Assembly (NCBI GenBank): GCA_030390025.1
Contig: JASTWF010000366.1
Span: forward strand, 124,001 to 188,000
Direction of reading: 5' to 3'
Length of the DNA stretch: 64,000 bases
DNA from: Squalus acanthias
Taxonomy: Eukaryota
Made by a program: the position numbers and the translations under genes. Numbering within the stretch: position 1 is the first letter of the stretch; each line of letters opens with the position of its first letter. The notes beneath the pieces are model-generated. The model was not told the DNA's origin. It made no database searches and saw nothing but the letters and a program-made list of their open reading frames with translations. This document shows, piece after piece, positions 54,701-64,000 of this stretch.

Positions 54701-57283
54701 CATCAGCACATAGGAAAGTGCTTGAAACCAAAAAATAAAATTTTGAAGTAAGTTGACAAACAGCAGGGAAGAGGCCAATAAAAACTGATCTATAACTTAG
54801 AAAGATTTGTTAGTGAATTTTGATTTTAAATTATTGGCCACTTTTTTGGTAAAAAAAAACAGAAGTCAAATCGGTAATGTGTCCAAAACACAGAGGTACA
54901 ACCATGTATAGAGTTGGGAGGAGGCTCCGGGTCAATTTGCCGTGGGGAGCAAAGGGGGTCTTTAGTCATGCCAGAAAATCTTGGACATGTCTCAGTCATT
55001 CCTCTCAGTAGCTGCACCTATGCTAATGGGAATAAGTTACATGAACGTTATGACACTGTCAACAGGCTATGTAACCGTGGAGGGCATCACAACCAAGGTG
55101 AAGCTTGTACTCATTAGACGTATACACACATACACTGCTCAGCAGAAGTTACTGCAGGATAATCATCAGCAGAAAGTTGGCTGACTTTTCTGCCCCCTCC
55201 TTGGTCAAGGATACCAAGGCTTATTGCAGTGTCCCAATCACCACTCCAGCACAGACCAAAAATCAAGCAGCGCAGAAAGCATTTTACGTGAATTTGCCCT
55301 TGTAAATCCTCGCCATTGGTGATCTAGCATGACTCCTGTAGGTAGGTGGAAGAATTTGAAACTAGGATGAGAAAAGGATTTATAACAAAACACCATAGAA
55401 TAACTTAGATCCTAAAGTAAGAGGTTCCACCTTTACAATCTCTTTGTATTCAGGGTTGACCTTCTCCCCTCCAAGTCTCACTGGTATTAGGATAACAACA
55501 GCTCTCCTGTCCGATGACTTTGGTATTCCAGATCCAACAGCCTGCAAATGTTTTTCTATTACATCAGCAATGTAAACTGAAAAAGATAGTGAGTAACACT
55601 TTAATAATAGTTTTGTTATTCCAAAACTCCAAATATGCTTTTCTACATGCTCTTCCTCTGCCCTGCATCTACACTGTAAAATCCAAAACTCATGGCACCA
55701 TCTCCTATTCCAATTTATTCTCTCCCAGGACCTTGAAACTATGTCATCTCCTTCAGTCTTTGCTTTCTCTGGCAAACTTCAGGCTTTAGAAACCCAAGCT
55801 TAGTGCCTGTATTTATTTCATAATCTCCTTCACTCTTTTCAACCTTGATGATGTCCTTCACTATGGCTCTCTACCTTTCACCTAGGTTTCTCATTAATAA
55901 AAAAAAAAAATTCACTTAGTTACTGACTTCATTTCTCACACCAACCATCTTGTAGCCTCTGAGCGAGGTTGCCAATTTTAGTATCAACCAGTGCCAAATT
56001 AAAGCTAGTTTTGTAGTGAGCCCAGGTTCAGACTTCACCAAACTCCTTTCATGTAGGATGTTTACAGCCAGCAGAGATAGACTTTCATTCCTTCTGGGAT
56101 GAATTTGAGCCTGGGTTCACATGGTAAGAGACAGTGTATTAACACCATCTGTAATATATTACACAATTTATAAATGTGAAGGAACAGATTAACAACGCAT
56201 AATTCAAAAATATTAATTAGCTTCATACAGTATACATCGTGACCTATTACAGTCCATTCCTAATCATTCTGTACAATACTAATAAGCAATAAACACACTT
56301 AAATGTTAAGAAATGCATTTTTATTAATTAATGAAAAGGTTAAGCCAATTGCAATCAAACAGCAATGTAAAAATAGAGATAAAAGATCATAAATGATGGA
56401 AATCTGAAATAAAAACAGAATCGGTTCACCTTTTAGCCCTGATTTTAACCTAACCTGCCCCACAAGAAAAGGTGAGTTCGGGTCAGATGCCCAATTTACA
56501 CCCCGCCCGACTTCATGCTCCACTGACTTCACTGGAGCCGAAAATCGGGCTGGGTGTAAATTGGGGATCTGACCAAACCCACCCTGCTCTCACCAGGCGG
56601 GTTAGGTTAAAATCAGGGCTGTCGTCTTTCTTTTACATGCCTGACTGAGTTGACATTTGTAATTATGTAGCCCTTTGCACCATTTTCCTGAGGTATAAAT
56701 ACTGTATATGAATTTATAAATCTACAGGTAATTATACCAAACAGCTGGCTCTTTGTGAATGTGTTACCGCATCTGTACCCTTGACCTCTTGTTCTCCCCT
56801 CTTTGTCTCAATCAATCATAAAGAAGCTCTCCAGTCCCATGGTTCCATCTAAAATGTTAACCTGTCCTTTTCTTTCTATTTCAGATGCTGATTGACCTGC
56901 TGTATAGTTCAAGCATTTCCTGTTTTTATACTAAGTGAAAATGGGTGTCGTAGTTTACTAAAGCAATGACATTGTTTATACAGGAGTAAATATGCAGCCA
57001 CGACCCCCTTGATCTTCATTCTGAACTGAGCATTAAAAAAAAGGATTAAAATTACCCTCATGTAGAACACAGAAGCATTGACTCTTAACACAGCAGACAT
57101 GAGTTATGTTCAATAATGTTAAACACTGCCTGGCATCATCAATTTCAGATGACTGGCAGAACTGGGCAAGATGCCCAGTCAGCTTTTCTCATTACCATAC
57201 CGTGTCACTCACCCGTACAGTCCTGAGCAACGTAAACTGTTATTCCTCGCAGCTCGGGCTCCACTGCATCTTCCACCGCTCTC
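33562..57283 (-). CDS. ATG4C: ATG4C cysteine protease (autophagin), 3' portion; six coding exons in window, 5' exons outside
   Basis: Exons join in frame via GT-AG: RAVEDAVEPELRGITVYVAQDCT|VYIADV...IPVRLGGEKVNPEYKEIVK|GILSLEFCVGIIGGKPKQSFYFVGFQ|DDSLIYMDPHYCQSFVDVSTKDFPLE|SYHCPSPKKMSFGKMDPSCTIGFY...|VLNSPSSKEKYPLFTF...EEFVLL*. This resembles my recollection of ATG4C more than ATG4D. Catalytic D/H lie in MDPH. Confidence 0.93.
34960..35520 (-). mobile_element. L2-type RT relic
   Basis: STE.AL.KVTND-like segment, purine-rich plus strand. Confidence 0.5.
35248..35411. mobile_element. Harbinger-type MITE inside an L2 relic
   Basis: GGGTGTAATTTTAA ... TTAAAATTACCCCC; ATT on both flanks. Confidence 0.7.
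36184..36200 (-). promoter_or_regulatory. Candidate CTCF site
   Basis: Minus strand CCAGCAGGTGGCA fits the CCASYAGRKGGCR consensus. Confidence 0.4.
36310..36775 (+). mobile_element. Old CR1 3' fragment
   Basis: ACCAGGGGACACAAG...AACTTTTTCACCG; tail TTCTTATGTTCTTATG. Confidence 0.6.
37660..39858 (-). mobile_element. CR1 LINE with internal deletions (APE region and 3' end)
   Basis: ESIWIEI...IGVVYRP...IIMGGFN, LDLVMGNEP...SDHNII; CR1 3' UTR at 37660-38100. Confidence 0.85.
39889..40008 (-). CDS. ATG4C: ATG4C exon (120 bp)
   Basis: tttcag|TCATAT...ACAAAG|gtgagc; SYHCPSPKKMSFGKMDPSCTIGFYSRSECDFEKIIDEVTK. Confidence 0.94.
40800..40876 (-). CDS. ATG4C: ATG4C exon (77 bp) with catalytic Asp/His
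   Basis: ttcaag|ATGAC...CTTGAG|gtgaag; DDSLIYMDPHYCQSFVDVSTKDFPLE. Confidence 0.95.
41340..41880 (+). mobile_element. Old CR1 3' fragment
   Basis: AGATTTAGGACAAAGAGCAGGAGAAAC...TTGGGCCAAATGGCCTGTT tail. Confidence 0.55.
41935..44255 (-). mobile_element. Older CR1 LINE split by the 42180-43809 insertion
   Basis: KAFDKVPHKRLL at 43875-44288 and KKANGMLAFI...LVRPHLEYCV at 41884-42102. Confidence 0.8.
42180..43809 (+). mobile_element. Young 5'-truncated CR1 LINE nested in an older minus-strand CR1 (41935-44255)
   Basis: KSPGPDNLHPRVLKE, YLDFQKAFDKVPH, GVPQGSVLGP, LVRPHLEYCVQFWSP; tail CTATGTTTCTA. Confidence 0.92.
44481..45227. mobile_element. Non-autonomous Harbinger-type element inside a LINE
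   Basis: GGCCCGGATTTTGC ... GCAAATTCCGGGCC; flanks ATT/AAT; host LINE resumes at GACCCAGC. Confidence 0.7.
46103..46457 (-). mobile_element. CR1 3'-end fragment (young subfamily)
   Basis: Reverse complement matches the 3' end of 42180-43809. Confidence 0.85.
47692..50230 (-). mobile_element. RTE-clade LINE 3' part, split by CR1
   Basis: LERYHQRCLRKILQIHWQD, KDTLKASLKKCNI..WE..AQDR..WR, C-terminal CPTC...HLRTH; (AAG)n tail. Confidence 0.85.
48111..49807 (+). mobile_element. Second young CR1 copy (same subfamily), nested in an RTE
   Basis: Near-identical to 42180-43809 in protein and 3' UTR. Confidence 0.92.
51319..51397 (-). CDS. ATG4C: ATG4C exon (79 bp)
   Basis: gaatag|GGGATC...TTTCAAG|gtttgt; GILSLEFCVGIIGGKPKQSFYFVGFQ. 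Confidence 0.93.
51567..51682. mobile_element. Harbinger-type MITE
   Basis: Perfect 16-bp TIR GGGGGTAATTTTGACT; ATC on both flanks. Confidence 0.8.
52351..52508 (+). mobile_element. Penelope-like terminal-repeat fragment with hammerhead core
   Basis: 14-bp TSD TTAGGAACCTGGGA; internal 27-bp inverted repeat; CTGATGA-stem-GAAACGTT. Confidence 0.7.
54201..54625 (-). mobile_element. V-SINE (HE1-like): tRNA head + V-domain + CR1-derived tail
   Basis: A box TGGCATAGTGG, B box GGTTCGAATC; V-domain GTGGAGTTTGCACATTCTCCCCGTGTCTGCGTGGGTTTCCTCCGGGTGCTCCGGTTTCCTCCCACAGTCCAAAG; tail matches the local CR1 3' end. Confidence 0.88.
55431..55576 (-). CDS. ATG4C: ATG4C exon (146 bp)
   Basis: tttcag|TTTAC...GTAAAG|gtggaa; VYIADVIEKHLQAVGSGIPKSSDRRAVVILIPVRLGGEKVNPEYKEIVK; phase matches neighbours. 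Confidence 0.93.
56435..56620. mobile_element. Palindromic MITE
   Basis: 21-bp TIR AGCCCTGATTTTAACCTAACC; no clear TSD. Confidence 0.7.
57213..57283 (-). CDS. ATG4C: ATG4C exon (71 bp)
   Basis: cttag|GAGAGCG...TGTACGG|gtgagt; encodes RAVEDAVEPELRGITVYVAQDCT; not in ORF track. Confidence 0.92.
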
Positions 57284-58880
57284 CTAAGCAATGGATTTAA
57301 ATAGGTTTAGACAGTCACCTTGGAATCAATGCTAATCGAATTGGACTGATTTTATTTTTAAAAACTCTAAAACAGCTGAATTTTTACTGTGAGGAAAAGA
57401 TTCGAGGTCAGAGTACAACGTATCAATATTGTGCAGCAATTCAGCACCATTTTGAGCAACTTTTTTTTATTTAAAGTACATTTTTTTTTGCACTCATCAA
57501 AGTGAGGCGTATCAGTGCTGGGAAATGAAATGCCCATTTCAGGAACCCTATGTCAGCATCAAGCACTTCTAGTTATAGCATGGTTAGGTGCAGAGTAAAA
57601 AGCTCTCTGCTCTGCCCCAAAAATGTGCCACAGCCCCAATGTAAAACAAGCACTGCCTACTGAACCACTATATTTTCCTCTTTTTTCCTCATCTTTATGG
57701 CCATTCTGAGTGAGCTTACCAATTTATTACTGAATTGGGATCTGTAATGAGACCACCTCCAAACAATTTCTCTCAGGATCCTTATATTCCATCAGGGTAG
57801 GATTGATTTACTGCTTAGGATTTAAAACCAAAGTCCATGGCACCACTCAGTTAACCCCCCCCTCCAACGACTAATTATCAAGCAGTTCCCACAGAGAGAC
57901 TTTTTCAATTCTTATTACTATAATGGACGTTAAAATGAAAGGAAAGTGTAGCAGATTTACTTTCCGTGTTGTCTAGTGTCGATATAAAAAAAATTAAAAA
58001 TTCTGTTAATTCTTTTAAAAATCATCAATCTTGCCCAAATGGAGACACACCTTCCCTCTAGTCCATGCCAGTGATGTCAATGACAGAAAGAAAACACCTA
58101 CTTACTAGAGCATCTCTATCCAATTCAATGGGGGCCAGAACCTCAGACCAAACCAGACCTAGCAAACCATGGAAAATGTCAGACAGTAGCAACTGCATTT
58201 ATATCACACAGGGCAATAAGTTTACATCATACAGGGCAGTGTGCTTAGATCACACCTGCATAGTGCAAATAGATCATGGGGATTAGGGAGGAGAGTACTG
58301 TGTGGGGTGCCCCAATGCTTGGTGTTAGGACCACAACTTACCAACTCTGTTCTGTTTTTGAACTCTGGAGCTGGCCACATGGACCAAAATGGTCTTTTCC
58401 AATCTTTGCAATACCAATGAACTTGTTCGACGAGGGGGGAAGATAATACCCCAGCTCAGGGGATACAGGAAAAGAGAGAGAGGGAAACAAAAGAGAGACC
58501 AACCACATTCAGTGAGAGGAGGGAAAGAAAGGACGAAACAAATCTTATTGTAGGGGGCAATGAGATGGAAAAGGACACTGTCAGGTGGGGAGAAAAGACA
58601 GAGGGCTGGATTTTGTCTTGGGGTCGGGTTGGGGTCGCGTTACCCGCATTTCGTGTTGCCCCCCGACTCCAGATTAATGTGGATGAATGATGCGATTTTA
58701 ACTTAATTGGCCAATTGAGTTCCAACATGTGGGAACCCATGGCCAATGAGTTATTCCAGTCTGAAAGTCGCCTCCGATGATGTCATCATTGCTGCTGCAT
58801 TTAAGGTCTGCAACAAGCCTTGCTTCCTCTGCAGGCTGCCAAGCTTTTGGACCTCTAATCTAAAGGCACCTGCAGCAGGA

Positions 58881-60841
58881 ATGGCCAGCCAACGGCCCAG
58901 GGCTGCTCCCAGGTTCCATGACGTTGCCCTTCAGGCTTTGGTGGATGGAGCAAGAGCCAACAGGGAGGTGCTCTTCCCCTCCTCAGGGAGGAAGAAGCCT
59001 CCCCAGCAGACAAAGGCTGTGTGGGTCCAGATCGCCCAGGAGGTCACCTCCTTATCAGTCACATGCAGAACCTGGATCCAGTGCAGGAAGAGGTTTCATG
59101 ACCTTCTACGTACTGCTAAAGTGAGTATGACTTTCTTCACCCTCAATCTGATCCCCATTGCCTCTCCTCACCAGCACTCAGCTTTAGCAACCTCTTCCTC
59201 CATATCCCACTTGACACTGACATCCATGCACCCTTACCCATTCCCTCTCCCTCTATGGTCACATTCACCTTACTATTCGACTATGCAGCCCTCACACTAC
59301 CTATCACTGTTATGCTATGAAAACAACTTACAACACACAGGGAGGGCCCTTAGTCTCGCCACCTCAATCCATCTTTGTCTCCTTCTAAGCATCTATGCTA
59401 TGGATTCTCTACACTCACTCCTTCAATCTCACTCAAACTCCACTTGTCTCCCTCATTGCAGGAAAAGAGAGCTCACAATAAAAGGGAAAGAGCCAGGACA
59501 GGAGGAGGGCCACCCTCATTAGCCTAGCTCACCCCCTGGGAGGATGCGGTCCTGGAGATCGTGGGCGTAGAGAAGGAAACGCAAGTGGGGGACGGACAGA
59601 CGGGTGCATCAGAGCAAGCTGGTGACTGAATAGTGTTCCATCTCTCTCACTGACATTGCATGAGTCGCTGATAATGAATCTGAAGCTCTAACAGATGGAT
59701 TTATGATCATCTGCAATATGTAATGTGCATGCAACCTTGGCATCACATCTCTGACTCTTTCCTTTACTCCCCCACAGGACCATCGCAAGCACCCGTCCCC
59801 ACTAGCCAGGAGGAAGAGCCTGAGCAGACAGACTCCTCAGAGGAAGCTGCAACCTCTGAGGGCGCAGCGTCAGCAGAACTCAGCACACCCAGCACCAGCG
59901 CAGACACTCACACCCCGGTGGGACCCTCGTGACATAGTGTAGTGTTGTCACCTGGTGTATCACAGCTCACAAGTGAGCATCAGCAGATGGTGGAGACAGG
60001 GACAGCAGTGGAGAGTCCTAGTCGGAGAGCGCAGGACTGTCCTAGCTCGGCTCAGCTGCATGTCGACCCTCTGCCTCTGGGTCCATCCATAAGATCAGCG
60101 GTGCTGGGACTCCAGGAACAGATGCAGGAGTCTCTGACAGGTTTTGTCTCCAGGGTCGCTGCGAGTGTGGAGCGAATGGAGGAGTCCATAGCGAACATCA
60201 GCAGAGCCTTTGTGGAGTCATTGGCGCATGAACGCATCACCACGGAAAGGATGGCAACCTCTGTGGAAAGGATGGCTACAGTAGATGAGAGGATGGCTAC
60301 GGCTATGGAGGAGATAAGTCGCCAGAGTGCAGAAAACATGGTCATTGTTCAGAATAGACTGGCATCTCTTGAGGAGCGATGGTCATCTATTGAACAGAGA
60401 AACCAGACTTTCATGGAAGTCCTTCTGAGTAGGACTTCCAGTGCAGATACGGGTCCCCATGGCCCCCCTGATGTGCAGCAAGGTGCTCTCAAGCCACTTG
60501 CAAGCGCTGAGGTGGACCTGACCCATTTGAGGGATGTTGGTGGCACACAAGGAGGTGGGGGCTCCTCTCCAAGCGCTCACACTTCCATGCCACTGACAGG
60601 TCCTCGGTCAGAGCCCCACCAGAGTCCGCACCCAAGTGAGATCGGCATCTCAACCCCTGCCCAGCCGCAGGAGCAGCAGACTGTTGCCGAGCCCTCTCAG
60701 GTTCACAACCCCAGAGGACGCCCGCCAAAGGAGTCGAGACAGGAGCAGCAACAAAGTAAGCAGGGGGCCTCCACTTCTGCTGAAGCCACAGGGGAAGCAC
60801 CACGTAGGAGCACGCGTAAGAGAAAGAAACAGCACAAATAG
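58881..60841 (+). pseudogene. Harbinger Myb/SANT-like DNA-binding protein gene, 3 exons (58881-59120, 59462-59621, 59778-60841)
   Basis: MASQRPRAAPRF...W..IAQEV...RTWIQCRKRFHDL trihelix/Myb domain; GT-AG introns; RTGGG motif; heptad repeats; basic C-terminus RRSTRKRKK; AATAAA 60909-60914; in-frame stops at 59525-59527 and 59930-59932. Confidence 0.85.
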
Positions 60842-61098
60842 TCACAAGGGTAGTCACTTGGGTGAATTTTGATGTGTATTGTGAAAAAGCCATCAGGTGT
60901 AAAGTTTAAATAAAAACTCTGATGGCTACAGCTGCAGTTGTGGCGTCTGTCATTTTGCTAATGGGACTTCCACAATGAGGCCTTAGGATAACTTGCAATT
61001 GTCAGTATGGTGGTCACATTGTTAGGGATCCGCTGGGTCTGGGCCATTGTCGTAGCTCTGGTAAGAAGCTGCGAGATAAAAGTGCTCGCTTGTCTAGG

Positions 61099-62313
61099 CT
61101 ATGCAAATTTGGCCAAGATGAGTGCGTTCCTTGCATTCCGGGCAGCTATGGTCTCGCGTAATGCTGCTGCTGGTTGAGGGGCCTCTGCAAGTTGTTCGTT
61201 CTCTCTCTCCTCCTCCTCATCTGAGGAGGCTATGTGAGGAGCCACTTGGTCCTCCGGCATCTGTAAGCCACGACGCTGTGCCATGTTGTGAAGTGCACAG
61301 CAAACCACGACGATTCTGGAGACCCTGGCTGCTGAGTATTGCAGGGCTCCACCTGATCTATCCAGGCATCTTAAGCGCATCTTCAGCATACCGATGGTTT
61401 GCTCGATTATGGCTCTGGTGGAAATGTGGCTGGAGTTGTAGCTCTCCTCAGCTGCGTTGGATGAGCTCCTCAACAGCGTCATTAGCCACGTCTTCAGGGG
61501 ATAGCCCTTGTCTCCAAGTAGCCATCCGTGAAGTTGGTCTGGCGGACTGAATAGCTGAGGCACACTAGACTGGCGCAGTATGAAGGAGTCATGGCAACTG
61601 CCAGGGTACTTGGCACAAACATGCAGAACTTCCTTGTTGTGGTCACACACCAGCTGAACGTTGAGGGAGTGGAAGCCCTTGCGGTTGACAAAAATACCTG
61701 GATTGCGATGGGGTACCTTAAGGCCACATGTGTGCAGTCAACGACGCCCTGCACCCTGCCAGATTAGCTAATCCAACCGCACACGCCGTGACACTTGCTC
61801 GATCCTTGGTGAAATGGATGTGATTGTGCGCGATGGCAAAGAGGGCATCGGTTACCTGCGTCATGCAGGTGTGTGCGGCCTGCCTGGGAGATGCCGCTGA
61901 TGTTTGCTGCTGATCCCTGGAATGAGCCCGAGGCAAAAAAGTTGAGTGTGGTGGTGACTTTGACGGCCACTGGTAAGGGGCGTCCACCTGGTCCTCTGGG
62001 CTCCAGGTCTTGTTGCAGCATTGCGCAGATGTCACCCACTACCTCTCGCGAAAGTCGGAGCCGCCTTTGGCACTGCTGCTCAGACATGTTGGAGGTAGCT
62101 GACCCTCTGTCTGTAGACCCTGTTTGGGGGGTATCATCTGCGCCGACGGCCTTCCATGCGCTGGCCCCTTCTGTCCTGTGCAGCTTCAGGTGGGTGAGCA
62201 GCAGCTTGGCGCTCCTGCTGTTGCTGCTGCTGTTGTTCATGGTTCTGCTGGTGCCGCGGCTGTTGTTCATCCTCATCGGATACCCAGGAGGGAAAGAAAT
62301 AAATGGCTCCCAT
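61099..62313 (-). pseudogene. Harbinger (HARBI1-like) DDE transposase, frameshifted
   Basis: Fragments in different frames: RLRLSRE...FFASGSFQ...GISQ, VDCTHV (D), [16 protein letters not shown] (D), [12 protein letters not shown] (E), CCALHN. Confidence 0.9.
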
Positions 62314-62997
62314 GCCTCTGGTATATGTCTCAGTTGAGGAAGCCCTCAATGAGGGTGGCGAGAGGGGGTTTCCCAGGAGGTCACACTGCAGATGGGTGTC
62401 GGGCTCCAAACTTCCAGAGCTGTGGTTATGCCTTCTAAAAGTTCCCCCAGACCTGTGACAACAAAGTCCTGCCACCTGCAATTGATGGCTGATCAAATCT
62501 CCTATTTAAAGGTTGAGCTGCAGCGGAGAGTCAGCAATCCACTTGTGCTCCTGCCAGGTTTCACTGGAGTGTTTCCCATCAGGCGTGCTTCACGTGGGAA
62601 AAGGGTTAAACTACCTAAAATGCTTCAAAATGGCATTACTGAGCCACTTTAGGGATTGTTAAGGGCTTTAATGGCCTCTCCCGCCTCTTGGAGGCGGGAC
62701 GGAGTCGGGAACCCCGCGACCGATTTTGTCAAAATTGCGTGGAGGCGTGTTGGAGTCGGGATGGGGTCGGGACCCCCGAATCTGCTACTTTAACCCCCAC
62801 ACGCCTCCAAACCCGACTCCACGGGTCATTCAAAATCCAGCCCAGAGGCTCTGTTGGAGTGGGAGTAGACAATGTTCAGGGGGAAGAGAAAGATCCTGAC
62901 ACTGGATGCCTGAAATGCAAAGGAGTTCCACTACCAAGAAAGTTCATCAGTCACTCATCTCGTCAATTAGTCACAATTACTATGGCCCATTTTCATA

Positions 62998-64000
62998 GTA
63001 AAGGCTGTGGGCTCTGATAATATCCTGGCTGTAGTGCTGAAGACCTGCACACCAGAACTAGAAGCCCCCTAACCCCAGCCAAGTTGTTCCAGTACAGTTA
63101 TGGCACTGGCACCCAGCAAACAACTGGAAAGTTGCCCAGGTATGCCTTATCCACAAAAAAACCCCAAGATAAATCTAACCTGACCAACTATCAGACTCCT
63201 CCCAATCAAAGTGATGGAATGTGCCATTAAGCAATGCCTAATCACCAATGCTCACTTCAGGTTCAGGCTAAACCACTTATTCCAGAACTCATCAAAGGTT
63301 TGATCCGGACATAGATGCAAGAGCTGAATGCCACAGAAGTGAGAGTAGCTGCCATCAAGATCAAAGCTGCATTCAACCATGCCCTTGTAAAAATGAAGTC
63401 AACGGGTGTTGAAGGAAAAGCCCTCTAGCAGCTTGAGTCATACCTGACACAAAAGAGGATCATCGTGGTTATCTTCGCAGCACCGGAATATAACTGCAGG
63501 AATTCCTCAAAGCAGCATCCTTGGCCCATCCTCAACTGTTTCATCAATGACCTCCCCATCATTGTAAAGTCAGGAGTGCGGTTGTTCGCTGACAATTCCA
63601 CAATGCTCAGCTCCATTTACAACTCCTTTGATAACGAAATAGCCCTCGTCAGCCGACAGCAGGACTTGTCAGCTCAAGCCTGGATGTTGTCCAAGTCGCA
63701 CATAAGTGGCATGTAATGATCATCTCAAACAAGAGAAAGCCCAGCCATCTCTCCTGACCTTCAAATGCACCACCAACTCAGAGTCCCCCATCATCAACAT
63801 CATGGGGGTGACCAGAAGCTTAACTGGATCAGCCATATCAACAATCTGTTTACAAGAGCAGAGCAGAGGCTTGGTACTCTGCGATGAGTGGCTCACCTCT
63901 TGGACCCTCAAAAGCTTCTGTGACATCTACATAAGGCTCAATTGAGGAGTGTGATGAAATACTCGCCACTTTCCTGGATGGTTGCAGCTGCAACAACACT
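62998..64000 (+). mobile_element. Degenerate RT region of the same LINE family (runs off window)
   Basis: AAAGGCTGTGGGCTCTGATAATATCC matches 24841; LNCFINDLP...LFADNS. Confidence 0.8.

Larger units (their letters stand above)
58603..62843. mobile_element. Full-length PIF/Harbinger DNA transposon (disabled), in ATG4C intron
   Basis: Perfect 13-bp TIR GGGCTGGATTTTG / CAAAATCCAGCCC, flanked by AGA on both sides (58600-58602, 62844-62846); two convergent genes (Myb/SANT and DDE transposase). Confidence 0.93.

Noticed and set aside
33562..57283. ATG4D assignment
   Set aside because: Diagnostic strings (GILSLE.CVGIIGGKPKQS, DDSLIYMDPHYCQSF, KEKYPLFTF, EEFVLL) fit ATG4C better.
58746..59522. 258-aa ORF as the real protein
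   Set aside because: It reads through intron 1; the spliced model from ATG 58881 restores the family motifs.
61099..62313. Host HARBI1 gene
   Set aside because: Frameshifted, bounded by TIRs and TSD, and paired with a Myb ORF: a transposon copy.

Overview
Vertebrate genomic DNA, most likely a cartilaginous fish (inferred from an HE1/V-SINE-type SINE, abundant CR1, LF-SINE-like and Deu-domain SINEs, and Penelope fragments). The only host gene I can support is the 3' part of ATG4C on the minus strand. It has six GT-AG exons (57213-57283, 55431-55576, 51319-51397, 40800-40876, 39889-40008, 33562-33741) that splice in frame and end in the LIR-type tail EEFVLL*; its 5' exons lie beyond the window. 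Positions 1-33,000 are gene-free; by synteny known from other vertebrates this should be the ATG4C-FOXD3 regulatory desert, and it holds several repeat-free enhancer-like blocks. The rest is nested transposable elements: a full-length but disabled Harbinger/PIF transposon (13-bp TIRs, 3-bp TSD, spliced Myb/SANT gene plus convergent DDE transposase), several Harbinger-type MITEs with variable 3-bp TSDs, CR1/RTE/L2 LINEs, a LINE with a tRNA-like head, a solo LTR, Penelope fragments with hammerhead-ribozyme cores, and a 35-bp x ~66 minisatellite grown in situ from a CR1 coding segment. There is no CRISPR array or prokaryote-type system. I found no clear-cut new biological system; the best leads are ranked in the findings. 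All calls were made by eye, and degenerate repeat boundaries are approximate.
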